From the NCBI GenBank assembly GCA_951812855.1, contig OX638337.1, positions 300,001-332,000 on the forward strand: a DNA stretch of 32,000 bases. The letters run 5' to 3'. How positions within the stretch are numbered: the first letter of the stretch is position 1; every line of letters begins with the position of its first letter. The notes under the pieces are model-generated. The model was not told where the DNA came from. It saw nothing but the letters and a program-made list of their open reading frames with translations, and did not search any database. This document shows, in pieces, positions 28,580-32,000 of the stretch. The stretch is from an uncultured Lentisphaeria bacterium. GTDB lineage: Bacteria > Verrucomicrobiota > Lentisphaeria > JABSQK01 > JAJFLO01. A program made the position numbers and the translations under genes.

Positions 28580-30070
28580 TTAAATATTTACCCTGCTCTT
28601 CAGGGTCAGCAAGCCAAATACAGTTAGTCCAAATGCATAAGCCGCTATAAAGAAACCAAATAGATATTTTTGTGTTTGGAAATAGAGAAGCAGGGTAATA
28701 AAACAATATAATCCAGATAATAACTCGATATATCCCGACTTAATATTATTTACTGCTATATATTGCCCGCGTTTCTTTTCAATGTTGCTACTGCCACTTT
28801 TGGGCGTACGAATAAAATCTGATTTTTCCCCTCTGATTCCTTCCAAAACAGCGTTGGCATTGTTTAAACACAACCCCGTCCCAACGACAAGCATTGCTGG
28901 AAAATGTGACAGTGAAAAGAAACCATTTTTAAGCACACATCCGCTGAGTGTATACATAATACAAGGAGCCACCGCAGCAAAAACAACTGTTGACCAGACT
29001 GCAGTCAGGATTAAATCAAATTCTGGCAACGGTGTCCATAACAACATTGGCATTGTCAGTATAAAGAGAATAGACATGAATAGTGAGACAGCATAATGAG
29101 TTAAATGTAAAAATGCCTCTGCTTTTTGCAGGATAGAAAATTTCTTGTCGGCAAATAATTGAGGCAAAATTTTTATTGCGGTTTCTATTGATCCTTTTGC
29201 CCATCGTTTTTGTTGACTTTTCAGAGCGGCAACGTTGTTTGGAACTTCCGCAGGACATTCCAAATCAAAGTCATATTGAATTTTATACCCCGCCATTTGA
29301 GCCCGATAAGATAAATCCAGATCTTCAGTCAAGGTATCACCTTGCCAACCTCCCCCATCTTTTATTGCTTCTTTTCTCCATATCCCTGCGGTACCATTAA
29401 AATTCATACATAAATTTGTATATCCTCTCGCCCCCTGTTCTGCAGTAAAATGACCATCAATACCAACACTTTGAGCACGAGTCAGCCAATTTTCTTTTTG
29501 ATTGTAATGCCCCCACCTTGCCTGAACGCAACCAATATCATCATGACCATCAATAAGCGCAACAGTTCTCTTTAAGAAGTGTTCCGGAATAATAAAATCC
29601 GAATCAAATATTGCAATATAATCACCTTTTGCCAAAGTTAATCCATGTGATAATGCACCCGCTTTAAAATCAATCCGGTCTTGTCTGCGAACCGCATAAA
29701 TATTAATATTATTACGTTGAACTTCGGTGATAGTTTCATTTATGAGATCAACGGTTTCATCTGTACTGTCATCGAGTACCTGTATTTCAAATCTATCATT
29801 GGGATAATCAATTGCCGCAACACTCCAAAGTAAACGGTGTACAACATCTAATTCATTATATATAGGCAACTGAATAGTGACAAAAGGATACTCATTACAT
29901 TCTCTATTGCGATTATAAACTTCAATCGTTTCATTGATTTTTCGACGTGCATTCTTCTGCTTCAGTATAAAAATTGCAATCATGATATAACAATGCAACC
30001 CATATACCATTAAACACAGTGTGCTTAATATATAGGAAGCGATTATAACAATATGAATGATATGGAACAT
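28580..30070 (-). CDS. membrane-integrated family 2 glycosyltransferase, processive type (CslA / cellulose-synthase / MGlcDG-synthase-like)
   Basis: D,D,D,QxxRW signature: IQVLDDSTDET, IAIFDSDF, TEDLDLSYR, QQKRWAKG. One or two N-terminal and at least 4 C-terminal hydrophobic helices. Confidence 0.85.
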   Translation of the reverse strand: MFHIIHIVIIASYILSTLCLMVYGLHCYIMIAIFILKQKNARRKINETIEVYNRNRECNEYPFVTIQLPIYNELDVVHRLLWSVAAIDYPNDRFEIQVLDDSTDETVDLINETITEVQRNNINIYAVRRQDRIDFKAGALSHGLTLAKGDYIAIFDSDFIIPEHFLKRTVALIDGHDDIGCVQARWGHYNQKENWLTRAQSVGIDGHFTAEQGARGYTNLCMNFNGTAGIWRKEAIKDGGGWQGDTLTEDLDLSYRAQMAGYKIQYDFDLECPAEVPNNVAALKSQQKRWAKGSIETAIKILPQLFADKKFSILQKAEAFLHLTHYAVSLFMSILFILTMPMLLWTPLPEFDLILTAVWSTVVFAAVAPCIMYTLSGCVLKNGFFSLSHFPAMLVVGTGLCLNNANAVLEGIRGEKSDFIRTPKSGSSNIEKKRGQYIAVNNIKSGYIELLSGLYCFITLLLYFQTQKYLFGFFIAAYAFGLTVFGLLTLKSRVNI

Positions 30071-30206
30071 TGTCAGGGTTTGAGATGATAGGTAAGGTAT
30101 AAGCAGTGATTAATTGATGATATGAATCCTTTGATTTCAGTCAGGATAAAAATCATCATTTTTTGTTCATCTCTTTAGCAGGAATTTTAAATTAACTATT
30201 TGCAAT

Positions 30207-31118
30207 TCAGCATTCACTGCACGAGGCACCGTAAGCGAAACATGAATAACACCGGTGATGGCCTAACATTACCCGAACTTTCATACTCTCATCCAATGTT
30301 TTTCCCAGATTATAGTTATTGTCATCATCAACTAAAGTGCATGCATAAATTCCTATTTCCCCATTTTTCTTCACTGCCATTTTACTGAAATTGCACATAA
30401 AGGAGTCTCGTTGATTTTGATTAAGACAGGTTGTCATACATTTCTCCGTAATCTGCGGAACATTTGGAATTGAGCCGGGCCGATGAAATTCTGGAAATAC
30501 GATGATGTGCAAATCTTCAGGAAGACCAACTGATTTGAATATTGGCAAATAGCTGTGATTAACTGCATTTACATCTTCGTTTTCAAGGCTCAAACGAGCA
30601 ATCGAAACATTAAACCCATAGCGATATAGTCGTCCCAATGTTTTCAGTGCTTTAATGAAATTACCTTTTCCTCTTGATTCATCATGTTTTTTTTCATCAG
30701 GGTGATCAAGACTAACTCTGAAACTAAGTGGATTGGCTTTTTCTCTTAGTGGAAGAATTTCACCAATCCGATTCATCAGAGGCTCTGCAGCATTGGTCAA
30801 AACCATACACGGACGATATGTTAATGCGCAGTCTAAAATTGACACAAATTCTGGGTTAACAAACGGTTCACCGCCTGTAAATGAAAATTTTTCTACTCCA
30901 AACTTTACTGCTTCATCTATTAATGGTTTTGCATCTTCTAATTCGATAGCGTTAATTCGATTATCACCCGGCTTCGAACCTTCCAGGCAAAAAGGGCATC
31001 TTAAATTGCAATTAGTTCCCGTGTGAAACCATAATTCCTTAAGGAGTTGTGGTTGTATATACCCTCGGGTATGTCCGTCGGATGTTTTTAACCAGCTATC
31101 GGTTTCAAGATGGTGCAT
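30207..31118 (-). CDS. radical SAM enzyme with a C-terminal Cys-rich (SPASM/ArsS-like) tail
   Basis: CxxxCxxC cluster motif GTNCNLRCPFCLEG. SAM-binding FSFTGGEPFVNPEF. C-terminal cysteines MCNFSKMAVKKNGEIGIYAC...HHRCYSCFAYGASCSEC (C-x2-C-x6-C-x2-C). The ATG overlaps the upstream FNR-like gene by 14 nt. Confidence 0.85.
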   Translation of the reverse strand: MHHLETDSWLKTSDGHTRGYIQPQLLKELWFHTGTNCNLRCPFCLEGSKPGDNRINAIELEDAKPLIDEAVKFGVEKFSFTGGEPFVNPEFVSILDCALTYRPCMVLTNAAEPLMNRIGEILPLREKANPLSFRVSLDHPDEKKHDESRGKGNFIKALKTLGRLYRYGFNVSIARLSLENEDVNAVNHSYLPIFKSVGLPEDLHIIVFPEFHRPGSIPNVPQITEKCMTTCLNQNQRDSFMCNFSKMAVKKNGEIGIYACTLVDDDNNYNLGKTLDESMKVRVMLGHHRCYSCFAYGASCSEC

Positions 31119-31776
31119 AAAAAAATACTTCCCTGTGAATTTTTGAAAAATCTACACCATTTTTTTCAAGCCACTCACTGACCTCATCGATCATTGCATC
31201 CAAACCACACAGGTAAAAGTGGAGGTCTGAATTTAACTTCAATGCTGGAAGAAAACCGGTAACCCGTCCACAATGATACTGGTGATCATTTTCTCTTGAT
31301 ACTGCGAGTTTAACCTCACATTGTGATTGCACCAGTTCTAACTCAAGAGCATCACAAACCCTTTTAACCCCGTATAAACAACACCCTGGAGGTCTTTCCG
31401 GGCACGAACGCATATAGGACAGAAATGGTGCGATTCCTGTTCCTGTAGCAATAAATATAAACGGGTCACCGGCTAAGTTTTGACCGGGTCGAAACCATCC
31501 GTAAGGCCTGGTATGAATGACGTGATCGCCTGCTTTGAGTTTGGATAACCAATTACTTAACTCACCACCGGGCAATTTTTGAATAAGAAGGCGAAGACCC
31601 GTTTCAGAGGTTCCTGACGCAATGCTATATGGACGAGATTGGGATTGATCTGCATTAAAAATTGAAATCGAATCACCCGGTTGAAATTCCATTTCGTTTC
31701 GTTCAATTATCAGTTCAAAGACAAGTGGAGATTTCCATTCAATCCGGACAACTGCTGATGAATAATTTACTTCCAT
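31105..31776 (-). CDS. ferredoxin-NADP+ reductase-family FAD/NAD(P)H oxidoreductase
   Basis: FAD-binding RPYSIAS (RxYS motif) and GGELSNWL. NAD(P)-binding FIFIATGTGIAPFLS. Late YLCG block. GAGG lies 8 nt upstream of the ATG. Confidence 0.85.
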   Translation of the reverse strand: MEVNYSSAVVRIEWKSPLVFELIIERNEMEFQPGDSISIFNADQSQSRPYSIASGTSETGLRLLIQKLPGGELSNWLSKLKAGDHVIHTRPYGWFRPGQNLAGDPFIFIATGTGIAPFLSYMRSCPERPPGCCLYGVKRVCDALELELVQSQCEVKLAVSRENDHQYHCGRVTGFLPALKLNSDLHFYLCGLDAMIDEVSEWLEKNGVDFSKIHREVFFYAPS

Positions 31777-31867
31777 TAATTTACCTCTGATCAGTAAAAC
31801 TTACAATTATTGCACATCGTGTGATCACTGCAAAATTATTACCTAAATTCCCGGTTTCATACTGTAA

Positions 31868-32000
31868 TCAACAACAGGATGCACCTGATTTTCCTTTTGA
31901 ACTATCCACGGAAGAATCAGGTCGGGAACAATCAAATAAACCATAATGGACCGAACGATCACCAATAATCTGAAAATGTTCCTTCAACCGTGTCCTCTCC
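31868..32000 (-). CDS. C-terminal 43 codons of a gene running off the window; resembles the C-terminus of arsenite S-adenosylmethionine methyltransferase (ArsM/AS3MT)
   Basis: My own translation of the minus strand gives ERTRLKEHFQIIGDRSVHYGLFDCSRPDSSVDSSKGKSGASCC*, with the stop at 31868-31870. The R[FL]..HF.[IV].GD.S.H[YF]G[IL]F..C block and the terminal Cys-Cys tail are features I recall from ArsM/AS3MT C-termini. The fragment is very short and the match is memory-based. Confidence 0.3.
   Translation of the reverse strand, partial: ERTRLKEHFQIIGDRSVHYGLFDCSRPDSSVDSSKGKSGASCC

Overview
This is an AT-rich bacterial chromosomal segment, densely packed and almost entirely housekeeping. The gene content points to a diderm: LptE-like, BamD-like, AsmA-like and DUF1573 proteins. 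That mix has a PVC-like flavour, but the taxon cannot be determined from this window.

Gene order:
- UXS-type sugar decarboxylase tail
- rpsP, KH-domain protein, trmD, rplS, rnhB, lplA
- decayed sppA remnant
- DUF1573 protein
- minus strand: M50 protease, Nudix hydrolase, ftsY, nusB, ribH, ribBA
- eno, acidic hypothetical, Amidase_3
- decayed PII-like remnant (minus strand)
- glnE (1228 aa) and a DUF374 acyltransferase-like gene
- giant AsmA-like protein (minus strand)
- fmt, RNase E/G, purC, BamD-like TPR protein, LptE-like lipoprotein
- minus-strand block at the 3' edge: GT2 processive glycosyltransferase, Cys-rich radical SAM enzyme, FNR-like flavoprotein, and the C-terminal tail of an ArsM-like methyltransferase

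I could not support any rRNA, tRNA, CRISPR array, transposase, integrase or known defence gene.

Most interesting observations:
1. glnE carries an internal GlnD-type linker plus a tandem ACT module between its two nucleotidyltransferase halves. It sits next to what looks like a frameshifted, deletion-ridden PII (glnB/glnK) remnant.
2. An ArsM-like tail, an FNR-like reductase and an ArsS-like radical SAM enzyme form a translationally coupled module.
3. sppA is a pseudogene.
4. fmt has a conserved N-terminus that is not preceded by any ATG, GTG or TTG.

All homology statements are motif recognition from memory. No searches were run.
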